Origin: Candidatus Hodarchaeota archaeon
GTDB lineage: Archaea > Asgardarchaeota > Heimdallarchaeia > Hodarchaeales > Hodarchaeaceae
Assembly: GCA_016840035.1 (NCBI GenBank)
Contig: JAEOTC010000073.1
Location: 1-27,419 of the forward strand
Length of the DNA stretch: 27,419 nucleotides
Reading direction: 5' to 3'
How positions within the stretch are numbered: position 1 is the stretch's first letter; each line of letters begins with the position of its first letter. A model generated the notes under the pieces. That model was not told the DNA's origin. It saw only the letters and a program-made list of their open reading frames with translations, and searched no databases. Positions 1-9,700 of the stretch are shown piece by piece. A program made the translations under genes and the position numbers.

Positions 1-2
1 AG

Positions 3-308
3 GCTATTGAAGCGAAAAATCAGATCTCTATACTGAAATTACTTGATCAGAATAGAATTTTGCTTGAAGAATTAAGTTTTGCCTGCACGTGTCACCTAGA
101 AATAGAAGCGCATCAAGTCATGAGTCACACGGCCTCAAAATACGGTGCTGTAGCAAAGTTCTCAGGTGCAGGAGGGGGAGATTGTAGTGTGGGTGTGTGT
201 TTCAATGAATCAGATGCAGCCCTCATTGTTAATGAATGGGTAGAAAATGGTATCATGCCTATTGATATCGAATTTTCTCAAGAGGGAATCCGAATAGAAA
301 AAGATTAG
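3..308 (+). CDS. GHMP kinase C-terminus, probable phosphomevalonate kinase (ERG8/MvaK2-like), 5' partial
   Basis: The frame is open from the window edge (AIEAKNQISILKLLDQNRILLEEL...). It contains AKFSGAGGGDC, the GHMP motif III variant typical of phosphomevalonate kinases, plus NRxLLxxL. It lies in a mevalonate gene neighbourhood. Confidence 0.75.
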   Translation, partial: AIEAKNQISILKLLDQNRILLEELSFACTCHLEIEAHQVMSHTASKYGAVAKFSGAGGGDCSVGVCFNESDAALIVNEWVENGIMPIDIEFSQEGIRIEKD

Positions 309-333
309 AAAAAAACTAGAAAGAACAGAAGAA

Positions 334-429
334 TTATACTATTTCTACTGTTTCGTTATCTCCATCGACTTTTATTTGCATCCCTGTTTCAATTTTACTG
401 ACATCTATTTGATCTACACACGGTAATTC
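334..429 (-). pseudogene. 3' remnant of a second phosphomevalonate dehydratase small-subunit gene
   Basis: The minus strand reads ELPCVDQIDVSKIETGMQIKVDGDNETVEIV*, versus EIPCVDQIDVSKIETGMQLTVDGDNATVELE* at 2208-2303. Hand count: 25/31 aa and 77/96 nt identical. No start codon or 5' portion is present. Confidence 0.9.
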
Positions 430-696
430 GTAAAAATTATCAGATTTTCCAATGATAGTAAGGCTTAGAACAACGATAACCTTATTCAATCCTGTTAATT
501 AATTTTTCTGCAAGATTCAGACATGGATTTCAAATTCTGTCAATAAAGAAGACTATATTCAACAGGATTGCTATATAAACATCTTGTAGTATCAATTCGA
601 TCTGAGTTCCCACATATTACAACCTTTAGATAGATAAATTAACAATCTATTGACGAATTCCTTTAAATGAAATTCAACTATATATGGTGAGAATTT

Positions 697-1914
697 ATGG
701 AATTAACACCCGAAGAACAAGATATGGCGGCAGGGAAGTATGGTAAAGCCACACAAACAGCCATGGAAATTTTAGTAACACTTGGCGAAATATATGGTGC
801 AAAAAGACTGATTGACATAAGTTCCGTTCAAATAGCAGGTGTAAGCTATGCAAATTTGAACGAACCAGGTCTTTCGTGGCTAGAAGAAATGGCAAAAGAT
901 GGAAAGGTGCGAACTTTCACCACCCTCAATCCTGCTGGAAAATCTTTTAGTTAGTTAAATACTAAGAGGTCCAGAATGGATCTAGAGGAATGGAAAAAGT
1001 TAGCCATCAGTGAAGAGTTTGCTGAGAATCAACAAAGAGTTGTCAAGGCTTTCGGCAAACTTGGTGTTATCACTACGTGCTCCTGCACGCCCTATTTGTA
1101 CGGTAACCTTCCTGCATATGGTCAACATATTTCTTGGAGTGAGAGCTCTGCTGTTTGTTATGCTAACTCCGTTTTAGGAGCTAAAACAAACCGTGAAGGT
1201 GGGCCAAGTGCTTTAAGTGCTGCTCTTGTAGGAAGAACTCCTGAATATGGTTTCCACCTTGAAGAAAACAGACAACCAGAAATCACAGTTAATATTACTT
1301 GCGAGGTGAAAGGTACATTTCGATTTGGGGCACTAGGAAAGGTGCTTGGAGATCGTTTTGGGAAGAAAATCACTTATATTACTGGTATCCACAAAGCCTC
1401 TGTTGAAGAGTTGAAATCCTTTTGTGCATCATATGCAACTTACGGTGGAGTAGCTCTCTTTCATATGGAGGATATCACACCTAACAGAGTGAACAAAATT
1501 CCCGATACAGTAGAAACCGTTACCGAAGACGATATGAAGAAAGCGCTTGGAGATCTAGATGATGAAACTGAAATAGATTTCATTAGTTTAGGTTGTCCTC
1601 ACGCTTCATTAGCAGAATTGGAATATATCGCCAAAAAATTAGATGGTAAGACGATTAATCCTAAAAAAGAAGTGTGGATCACAACTGCAAGACCTACAAA
1701 ACAGATTGCCGATAGAATGGGTTTCACAAAACTAATTGAAGACTCTGGAGCAAAAATTGCCGCTGATACTTGTTGTGTTGTTGCTCCTATCAAAGGTCGT
1801 TTCCATGGATTAGCCTCAGATTCTGCCAAGATGTGTTACTATGGATCAGGGCGTAACAAATTTGCTGTGAAATTAATGTCAATGGATGAATGTCTTGAGG
1901 AGGCGTTGTCATAA
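697..1914 (+). CDS. Phosphomevalonate dehydratase large subunit (aconitase X, DUF521); join(697..940,977..1914), 393 aa after removal of the putative intron
   Basis: ORFs 697-954 and 976-1914 are in the same frame and join to give TTLNPAG-MD. AcnX motifs CTPY, WSESSA, NSVLGAKTNREGGPSAL, GCPH and DTCxVV (Fe-S Cys ligands) are present. GGTGA SD at 686-690. TAATG coupling to the small subunit. Confidence 0.9.
941..976 (+). other. Putative 36-nt archaeal bulge-helix-bulge/loop (BHB/BHL) intron in mRNA
   Basis: 4-bp central helix CTGG(935-938)/CCAG(971-974), 3-nt bulges AAA(939-941) and AAT(975-977), 10-bp inner stem 942-951/961-970 with two G-U pairs, outer helix ATCC(929-932)/GGAT(978-981). Cutting after the 2nd nt of each bulge gives GGA A|TG GAT = G-M-D in frame and removes the TAG at 952-954. 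Confidence 0.8.
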
Positions 1915-2303
1915 TGAAACTGATAGGTAGAAAAATCTATAAAGGGAAAGTTACAGGTGAAGCATTAGTTACTAACGATAGCATCTCCTTTTATGGTGGT
2001 GTTGATCCTGAAAATGGCGTAGTTGTTGAAAAAGGTCATGAACTGGAAGGTACCAGTATCAATGATAAGATATTAGTTTTTCCTTCTGGTAAAGGGTCTA
2101 CAGTTGGATCTTATGTTATCTATCAGATGAAAAAAACAGGGAAAGGTCCAAAAGCATTGGTTTTGAATGATTGTGAAGCAATTGTAGCTGTCGGAGTAAT
2201 TATTTCCGAGATTCCTTGTGTCGATCAGATAGATGTCAGTAAAATTGAGACTGGTATGCAATTAACAGTTGACGGTGATAACGCAACAGTAGAGTTGGAA
2301 TAA
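1914..2303 (+). CDS. Phosphomevalonate dehydratase small subunit (aconitase X swivel domain, DUF126)
   Basis: Motifs ISFYGGVDP, GKGSTVGSY (catalytic Ser region) and IPCVD. Overlaps the large-subunit stop (TAATG), with a GAGGAGG SD upstream. Confidence 0.93.
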   Translation: MKLIGRKIYKGKVTGEALVTNDSISFYGGVDPENGVVVEKGHELEGTSINDKILVFPSGKGSTVGSYVIYQMKKTGKGPKALVLNDCEAIVAVGVIISEIPCVDQIDVSKIETGMQLTVDGDNATVELE

Positions 2304-2307
2304 TACT

Positions 2308-5300
2308 CTACTCCACTAATTTTCCTTTTTGAAAATATGTATTTCTTCTCTTGTACTTTGTTTCTATAGGATTTCCCATCCATAGGATATCTAGTACACG
2401 ACATATATCTAATAGTCTCCAATTTTCATAAGAAAGGTTTTTTCCATTCATAAGACCAAGAGCGCTTCTATTTGTGGACGGAAAAACATCTCTCAACATA
2501 TTTTTAAAATCATCTGAATCAGCGAATTCCTTCATTAATCTAATAACTTTTATGGATTTTGCTCCAGGAGAAAAATGTTCCTTCTCGATTTCATCAATTT
2601 TTGTTTCCCAAAATGTTAATCTTCCTTCATGATTGAGCATTTTAGGTATTGAATTTGGAAATATTGAGCGTTTCAGGATCTCTTTACTCCATTCGCCTCT
2701 TGTTTGTCCCCCGATCAGTAGATCCCTCAATCCCTTTGTTGTAAAGATTTCTGTAAGTCTTTTATGATCTTTAACCTGTAAATCAAATTCCATATTATTT
2801 CTCTTTTCAGGATGGGTTTTTTGTAGGCCTATTAAGTTTAATTCCTTTACATTTATAGATCCTTTGACGGTGACATTTCTAAATTCTTGCAATTCTCTCA
2901 TTCGGAATAGGAAAATATTCGTTTCTTTGGGTGGAATATTGTAATAAATGCTTCCTGCTTGTCTCGTTCCCTTTACTGGAATAAATTCAGCTGGATTATC
3001 TGGGGTAAATTTGACACTGTTACCTTTGATATTTGGATCGAAATAATGAAATAAAAACATACCAAAATATGACTGTCCATGGTTCATAGGAAACTTGTCT
3101 TTTGAGAGAGCGTTTGATATTAATAACTTGGATGAGGGAGAAAACGATCCATGAATTCTTTGATTTATTTTTTGTCTCTCAATTCTTACAGATTTTCTTT
3201 TCATCTCCCATAAACTAGCATCAAATTCATAAGTCGTTTTCTTATCCATTATTGGGGATAGTACAATCCCATCAGCACCTTGTCCGTGTTCTCCTCCAAG
3301 GTAAAGTCCATATACATTAGTTAAAAGAGAAATCGAATTTGGAGTTCGAGAATGAAAAGCATAGTGTTTCCTCCTGAAATTTTGGTGTCTCCTTGCTTTT
3401 CCAGTAATTCTTTGTATCAGGGCAGTATCTCCCCAATTTGTATTTGAACCTTCAAAAATCCAGTTCTTCGTCATCTGTACTGATTTTTCTTCAGTGTGGC
3501 CCAATATTTTGTACAATGAGTATAGAGTAGACGCATAAGCACATCGCAAACGAAGATCTCTTGTCATCTTATGAGAATCCCACTTAGAGAGTAATCTTTC
3601 ACCAGAAAGGACACTTTCAGGCGCGGCACAATACTCAAAAGCGTTAATCTTAAGTTCCCTGATGTTTTGCCAAGCTCCCTTCGGATTTTTGTAAAAACTT
3701 GCACTCTCAGGAAAAACATCTCTTGTGAATCTTGACACTGCACTTAATTCTCTTGGTTTCCATCTTTCATCTATACTAATTCGAGTATTTAGTCTATTGA
3801 AAGAAGAAAAGAACATAGATGTTAAAGTAACCGCTTTCATCATAATATCTGTATGAGCAGCCTCTGGACGACGGTTCAGAGGGGATCTTGAACCAAACCA
3901 TAAGTTTCTACCGGTATTATACATTTCTTGGGCTATTGTGAGGAATCTAGGGTCTTTTGCATCCAGTAAAAAATCGACTGATAAAGAAGCAATTCGAGAA
4001 ACAAGATGTTTGGATAAAATTAAATCTGCTTTTGATAGATCATTTTTTATTACTTTTCCGAACTGTAAGGCCCCTCTATCATGTTTACATTCAATATGGT
4101 TAAATAAAATGTTGAAATTATTCCTGATTCTCTCTCTTATTTCCCTCCTAGCGATTACACCATTAACAACTACCTCACTCGGGTCAATTTTCATGATATT
4201 TAAAAATCTAAGAAAATGGGAACTCTTTTCTATCTTCCCTTTTTCAGATTGGTTTATTAGTTCAATTAGTCTCAAGAGTCTCTCGGTAGACCGGATTTCA
4301 AATAAAGAATTTGATACTTCAGCAAAACTCTTCCTAGTTCTGGTTTCAAAAACAGTTGTTAGCTGATGTTCTTTCAGGAAATTTCTCATTGACAGATTTG
4401 GAGATATAGGTTTTAAATTTCTAAACTCATCATGATAAGCACTAAATTCCAAGGACATAGCAAATTTATACAGATTGGGTAGTTCAGGTTTAGAATGGTA
4501 TAGAATTTTCGTAAATTCGTGTTCAGTTGTCCCAATCAACAACCTCATCTTTATGAAAGGATCTTTCAATAGGGCCTTAAATTCCTCTTCGTTCCTATAA
4601 ATTTCTTTAATCCCTGGATCATGACATAGGAAAGATCTAAATAAATCAGAACGAGTGTCTTGATGAATTGGTGAAATTATTCCTCCAATCCCTAAATCTT
4701 CTAAACTAGATGTAACATCACATACTTTATCATTATCTATTGCTAACAACATCCGAACAATATTATATTCCCTCTTCATCATAATATTTGAATTTTTAGG
4801 GATGTACAAGTGAACATTGTCTGTATGTTTCTCGTTTCTCAATGAAATCAACTTTATTTCCTCATTAAACAAGGTTAAAGCCGACTTTATTGAATCAATG
4901 TCCAATTTCTCATTAGAATTTTCACTAAAGGCCTTTATGAAATTTTCTTCACGAAATACTATTTCTATTCCCATTCTTCTAAACTTATCATGATCTGAAT
5001 TCCTAAAAAGCATTGTTTTTTGAAACAACTTCCCTTCAGAATATTCCATATCATTAAAATTGAAAAAATCTGATTTTAGTTGGATTTCTTCTTCCAGAAA
5101 GTTGTGGACTTTCTCCTGCCCTATTAGGGATAAATTCAAATCCTGATGTATTAAATCTACTTTTTCTCTTACTTCTCCCTCGACTTCCTGTAAGATTTCC
5201 AGATGATTTGTGGATTGAATAATTGTTTCAGTTTCCTGCTTTATATCTACTAATGGCTTTTCTTCTAATTGAAGTGTGTTCTCAATGTCCTGCTCTGTTT

Positions 5301-5517
5301 GTTTCTCTCCCACTTCCTCCTCCCTTTTCTCTTGAAAATCTACTTGAAATTGCTCTGATTCTTCTTCTCTGATCACGATTTGGTCTTCATAGGGCCCTTC
5401 TGCCAGCAGTTCTTTTTCGAGCTGCTCGATTTCATGCACCCAATCCCTTTTTTCTTTTTCTTCTTGTCTTTCCTGCTCTTCCTCCTGTTTCCACTTAAAC
5501 CTCTCTTCTGATGACAT
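2308..5517 (-). CDS. Large hypothetical protein (1069 aa) with a Glu/Gln-rich N-terminus and a possible PD-(D/E)xK nuclease-like motif
   Basis: Long uninterrupted ORF with an acidic, low-complexity first ~140 aa. GADGIVL...ASLWEMK (3199-3279) resembles a D...ExK motif. Confidence 0.8.
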   Translation of the reverse strand: MSSEERFKWKQEEEQERQEEKEKRDWVHEIEQLEKELLAEGPYEDQIVIREEESEQFQVDFQEKREEEVGEKQTEQDIENTLQLEEKPLVDIKQETETIIQSTNHLEILQEVEGEVREKVDLIHQDLNLSLIGQEKVHNFLEEEIQLKSDFFNFNDMEYSEGKLFQKTMLFRNSDHDKFRRMGIEIVFREENFIKAFSENSNEKLDIDSIKSALTLFNEEIKLISLRNEKHTDNVHLYIPKNSNIMMKREYNIVRMLLAIDNDKVCDVTSSLEDLGIGGIISPIHQDTRSDLFRSFLCHDPGIKEIYRNEEEFKALLKDPFIKMRLLIGTTEHEFTKILYHSKPELPNLYKFAMSLEFSAYHDEFRNLKPISPNLSMRNFLKEHQLTTVFETRTRKSFAEVSNSLFEIRSTERLLRLIELINQSEKGKIEKSSHFLRFLNIMKIDPSEVVVNGVIARREIRERIRNNFNILFNHIECKHDRGALQFGKVIKNDLSKADLILSKHLVSRIASLSVDFLLDAKDPRFLTIAQEMYNTGRNLWFGSRSPLNRRPEAAHTDIMMKAVTLTSMFFSSFNRLNTRISIDERWKPRELSAVSRFTRDVFPESASFYKNPKGAWQNIRELKINAFEYCAAPESVLSGERLLSKWDSHKMTRDLRLRCAYASTLYSLYKILGHTEEKSVQMTKNWIFEGSNTNWGDTALIQRITGKARRHQNFRRKHYAFHSRTPNSISLLTNVYGLYLGGEHGQGADGIVLSPIMDKKTTYEFDASLWEMKRKSVRIERQKINQRIHGSFSPSSKLLISNALSKDKFPMNHGQSYFGMFLFHYFDPNIKGNSVKFTPDNPAEFIPVKGTRQAGSIYYNIPPKETNIFLFRMRELQEFRNVTVKGSINVKELNLIGLQKTHPEKRNNMEFDLQVKDHKRLTEIFTTKGLRDLLIGGQTRGEWSKEILKRSIFPNSIPKMLNHEGRLTFWETKIDEIEKEHFSPGAKSIKVIRLMKEFADSDDFKNMLRDVFPSTNRSALGLMNGKNLSYENWRLLDICRVLDILWMGNPIETKYKRRNTYFQKGKLVE

Positions 5518-5951
5518 TTGTCGGCCCCTCTTACCTGTTTTTTCTGTTATGGAATAATTCCCTCAGTCTAGATTAGGCCCTTGCTTTATATACTCGCAAA
5601 ATGTCATATCCCTCACTACCTGTAAGGAATTGCTCATTCGGTCTTTTCAGATTTTAAAAAAGTCAAACTAGTAATATGGGTGAGGGTCTATGCATGGTAC
5701 ACCTTACACAAATCCTGTCACTGGAGGGGCACCAATTAGTCACAGAAGTGCGAGAGTACCTTATTGAGATGGAGTAGTTTATCGTGTTTAACTGGATAAG
5801 AATAAGAATTATCATGTTCTAAATAAACTTAATTTTACCTACAAATCAAAGTTATCGATGCTTGAGACGACTATTCTTTCTTCCGCTTTAAAATGAGTGC
5901 TATGATTCCAAATATAATCTAGGTTGAAACCTGTATGTTAAACTAGTCATA

Positions 5952-6680
5952 CTAAGGGGGATGTGTCTGTTTGTAGACTAGAATTAGCAAACCAGAAATA
6001 AATAAGAAAAAGAGAATTGACACCCAGTTAAAGTTGCTTATATCATCCAGGATATTGACTGTGGTTAAGCGAGGTAGGACCTTTATGCAAAGGAATTCAT
6101 ATTTATAATTCAGATATCCATTTCTACTGTACGTGTGATTATACAGCCATATCCATCCTGTTTTTGTATCTACCTTGATATATTCCGTATGTCTCATAAA
6201 TTCCCCAGTTGAATAAGCTGCATAATTACTTGCGTTGTCATTGTCAATATTATACCCTAAGATGTCTCCCCAATAGCTGATATTCTCTGTGGTCCTTCTT
6301 ATAAAAATCTGTGGACCAATCTTTAGAACTGCATCAGATATTTCTGTTTGTTGAAATTTTATTGTCCCAACAGGCCAATCAGTATCACCAATGAATGTGA
6401 AAGTAATCTCAATATCGGTTCCTTTATCTAGTACAATTTCCAGCACTGATCCATTCTGTTTTTCAATTTTAGCATGCATTTGAGTTTTATTACCTTCATT
6501 CGTAATATTAAAATATTCCGTGAGACGATAAATTCTACGTTCCCCTTCTGTTACTCTCCAATACGGAGTAGGATAGGTTTCGCTACTACTTTGAACTATC
6601 GTTGGAAGGGAGATGACGATCATTACTAATAGAACACATTTCACCTTCAGTTTCATCACCCACACAACTTTGATTGACAT
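5952..6680 (-). CDS. Secreted, C-terminally membrane-anchored hypothetical protein (start may be ATG 6656)
   Basis: Basic-then-hydrophobic N-terminal signal-like segment (KLKVKCVLLVMIVISLP) and a C-terminal TM helix (WVSILFFLFISGLLILVYK). Lies directly downstream of the protease-like gene. Confidence 0.8.
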   Translation of the reverse strand: MSIKVVWVMKLKVKCVLLVMIVISLPTIVQSSSETYPTPYWRVTEGERRIYRLTEYFNITNEGNKTQMHAKIEKQNGSVLEIVLDKGTDIEITFTFIGDTDWPVGTIKFQQTEISDAVLKIGPQIFIRRTTENISYWGDILGYNIDNDNASNYAAYSTGEFMRHTEYIKVDTKTGWIWLYNHTYSRNGYLNYKYEFLCIKVLPRLTTVNILDDISNFNWVSILFFLFISGLLILVYKQTHPP

Positions 6681-6735
6681 TAAGGTACTATTTTAGTGTA
6701 TTGAGTCTTGGGAAAAAAGGAGAAAGGAGGCCATA

Positions 6736-9700
6736 TTATGGCCCATCATCATATTCATCAATCCAATTCGCTACTCGTTCATCTGTATCAGGATGAATGT
6801 GCCAACTTGCAGGAAGACCCATAATAAAACCACAAATCCCACTAATATTGTAAGAGGTATTTTCTTTCCAATACCAATAGTATTCTTGAGAGGTTTCATT
6901 GAAATCGGTATAATTAAAGTACATAGGGGTGTATTCCAAGTGTTCTATACATCCATGAGGAGCCTCCATATCCTCATTATGCATATATGTATGTAATACT
7001 TCATGGAGAATTGCACGACTATCCGCGTTAAAAAGATACCCTTCAGATGTGTTATAATTTGTTATGAAAATGCAATTTTCGGCTGCAGATACGGTGGTCG
7101 CAGATATATTTGGTTCAACAAAGGTAATAAGCAGATCAAAGCCATGATTCCCGGGTTGGGTACCAATCCCATTACTCCAAGAGTTTGATAACCCTAAAAG
7201 ATTATTTGCTTGAGTCCGGGCCCATGAATGCTCTCCTCCTTCTCCTATAGCAGAGGTGTTCGCATCAGAGTTGAATACTGTAACGAGAAAATCCGTTGAA
7301 AAATGTTCTTGAAAAGAGGTATTTGCCCAAGTAGAGGCATTTTCACCATAAATACGAAAATTGGAATTGGTTTCGATATCATCAAATATAGTAGTCGGAT
7401 GGGAGGTACTGATATCATCACAGACAATGGCGGTGACAAAGACTTTATGAGTGGCTCCACTAGTTATTGAGAATATTGCATTACTCAAAGTATTATTTTT
7501 ACTACCCCAGGAGGTATGATTGGCGAAAATGTGCGTAATTTCATATTCTCCACTATTTAATGCATACCAACCTATTCCTGTTGAACCTTCAGCGTTACTA
7601 GCACCTTCAAACACACGGGAAATGGTTGCATACACCCAAGAGGTACCTCCAACAGCAATCGTGGATCCAGAAAATGAGACATCAACCCACGGTTCATAAT
7701 AAATATCTCCAGTATGATCAAGTTGTATCTTAAAATTGAAATCGGAAACTACTACTGTCCCAGAGTTTTTAAACTTGACCTGCAGTGAATGATTGATATC
7801 ACCTTTGGTACCATTAGAAAACGACCAATCATCTACTTCAACCTTACCATACTCGATGAATGTCCCCACCCAATCTACATAGATATAATTTGAGGTAGAA
7901 GGGGCAACTTTTTGGATTTCTACTTTGAAAAAGGCATCATCATTGATTTTCGAGGGAGTCCATGTCGTGGCATTAGAAAAATCTAGAGTATCTAGAGCCC
8001 ATAAGGAGTGACTAGTTAACTCTGTCCAGTTTGACGGGCCGCCCAGATAATGCACTCGAACCTTTAAGTAATCCGAAGTCCCATTTTCGGCTCTCCAATT
8101 AACGAGAACTTTAACTTTTTGTATTATAATCGCTTTTGGAGTTATACTCCAATCATAATCTGTAAAATATAGACTTGAGGTATTACTAGTTCCTAAGGCA
8201 TAAGTATTATTCAAAGTGTAGGCATTGGTTACATTGGTCCAACCACTACCTCCTGAATACCCTGTAGGATCATGACAGCCTGTCGGAGGGGGATTGGTAA
8301 CATTATATGTAAAGGTCAGCTTGGGGTCATAACTGGATGTGTTTTCCCCGATTCGTGCATAATCGGCTTGCCGATAATCACAATTATATTTCTCCAACCG
8401 CCACGAAATATAATTTTCCTCAGATTCCCGATATTGGGCCCAATAGTTAAGGGCGTTCTGTATCTTTGTACTACTAGCTGTCTTCCAACCCGTGCCTGAA
8501 CCTGTAATAATTCCTGTTTGAGTGACTTGGGTTCCCATAGCTACCCCAGAAGTGTCATTTTCTTTGGCGGAGAAGGTATTGAAATTCCCCCCGATATTAT
8601 AAATTCGACAGGAGATTCCATCTCCACTTTCAAAATAATTGGTGGTAAAATATAATTCCAATGAAGCGTTTGTGATTGTTTCAATGTGGGCAGTAATCCC
8701 AGTATCAATCGCAAAATACCCATCCATGTCCACATAATCCCAGACAGGATAATCATACACCCATTCACGGCCTACTTCCATATAGGAATTTCCTGTTTTC
8801 CATGAGCTTGTTCCAGAATATTCTCTCCATAGATCATTATTGTCATCATCCACATACCAGGTTGTTGTGGGATCAATTTCGATTGTGGATCCTGCTAAGA
8901 AAGACCCGTATCCGTACATTCCGAATCGCAGTGTCTTTCGCGAAATTCCATTCGGCAAGAGCTGATTATGTAGGTTTAAGTACTTCTGTGTGAATCCAGC
9001 TTCTTCCATATCATTGAAATTAGTTCCTATATGGGCCTTATTATTTTGTGAAAAAATCTCTACCTGACTGATGTGATTGTTCAAGATTGCACCTGCATTC
9101 CAGACCTCATCAATTGTCTTTTCAATTTGATGCGAGATATTAGAAAAGAGAAATCGTGCGGGTTTAAACCCAGTTCCATCCGTTTGTGGGGCACTCATTA
9201 ATTCATAGGCAAAGCCTACATCAGAAAAGCTATGGGTAAGACATGTGATCTGATTAATCATATGGAACAGACCATCTGTTTTATTGTACTTGAATCCATG
9301 CCGAAAATTCCAGGTACTGCTTAGAATACTGACATTTGGGGTATCAAAATATAGCCCCCAGGTATCTACATCTTGATAAAAATGTAGTGTGTTACGGGGA
9401 TTTTGAAACGGTTCGGAATAAAGTGTCCGATCATTGAGAATTTTGTCATAAATATTGCCTTCATCTTGAACATACAAATGAGGAAATAAGGCGTACAAGG
9501 GGGAATCATATGAGGGAAGTGATGTATTGGTGAGACGTGGATAATACAAATATTGGGCATGACCCCATTCTGTATCTTGAAAGTTGAGATAAAAAGCCAT
9601 CACACCATTAAACGATTCGTAACCAACACCCCAGAGGGTAGAATTCTCGATTTGTGAGAGAAAAACCGGAATAGAATCGGGTGATTCAAAGAAGTAAATT

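Noticed and set aside
487-570. 10-bp perfect inverted repeat CAATCCTGTT (487-496) / AACAGGATTG (561-570) as a MITE or ncRNA
   Set aside because: It does not extend, there is no target-site duplication, and there is no second copy in the window. It could be an operator or chance.
952-954. Pyrrolysine or amber readthrough of the in-frame TAG in PMDh-L
   Set aside because: Readthrough would leave a 12-residue insertion in the conserved NPAGMD motif. The BHB geometry predicts exact removal instead, and no pyl genes are in the window. Not formally excluded.
697-1914. Calling PMDh-L a pseudogene
   Set aside because: Both parts keep all recognisable motifs and remain in frame. The only lesion is the structured 36-nt insert.
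3938-4366. Antisense and alternate-frame ORFs in the track (e.g. 695-895, 1158-1373, 3938-4366, 13551-13829, 17822-18112, 22585-22791, 25224-25469, 26421-26687)
   Set aside because: They overlap longer, motif-supported genes and have no recognisable features, so they are shadow ORFs.
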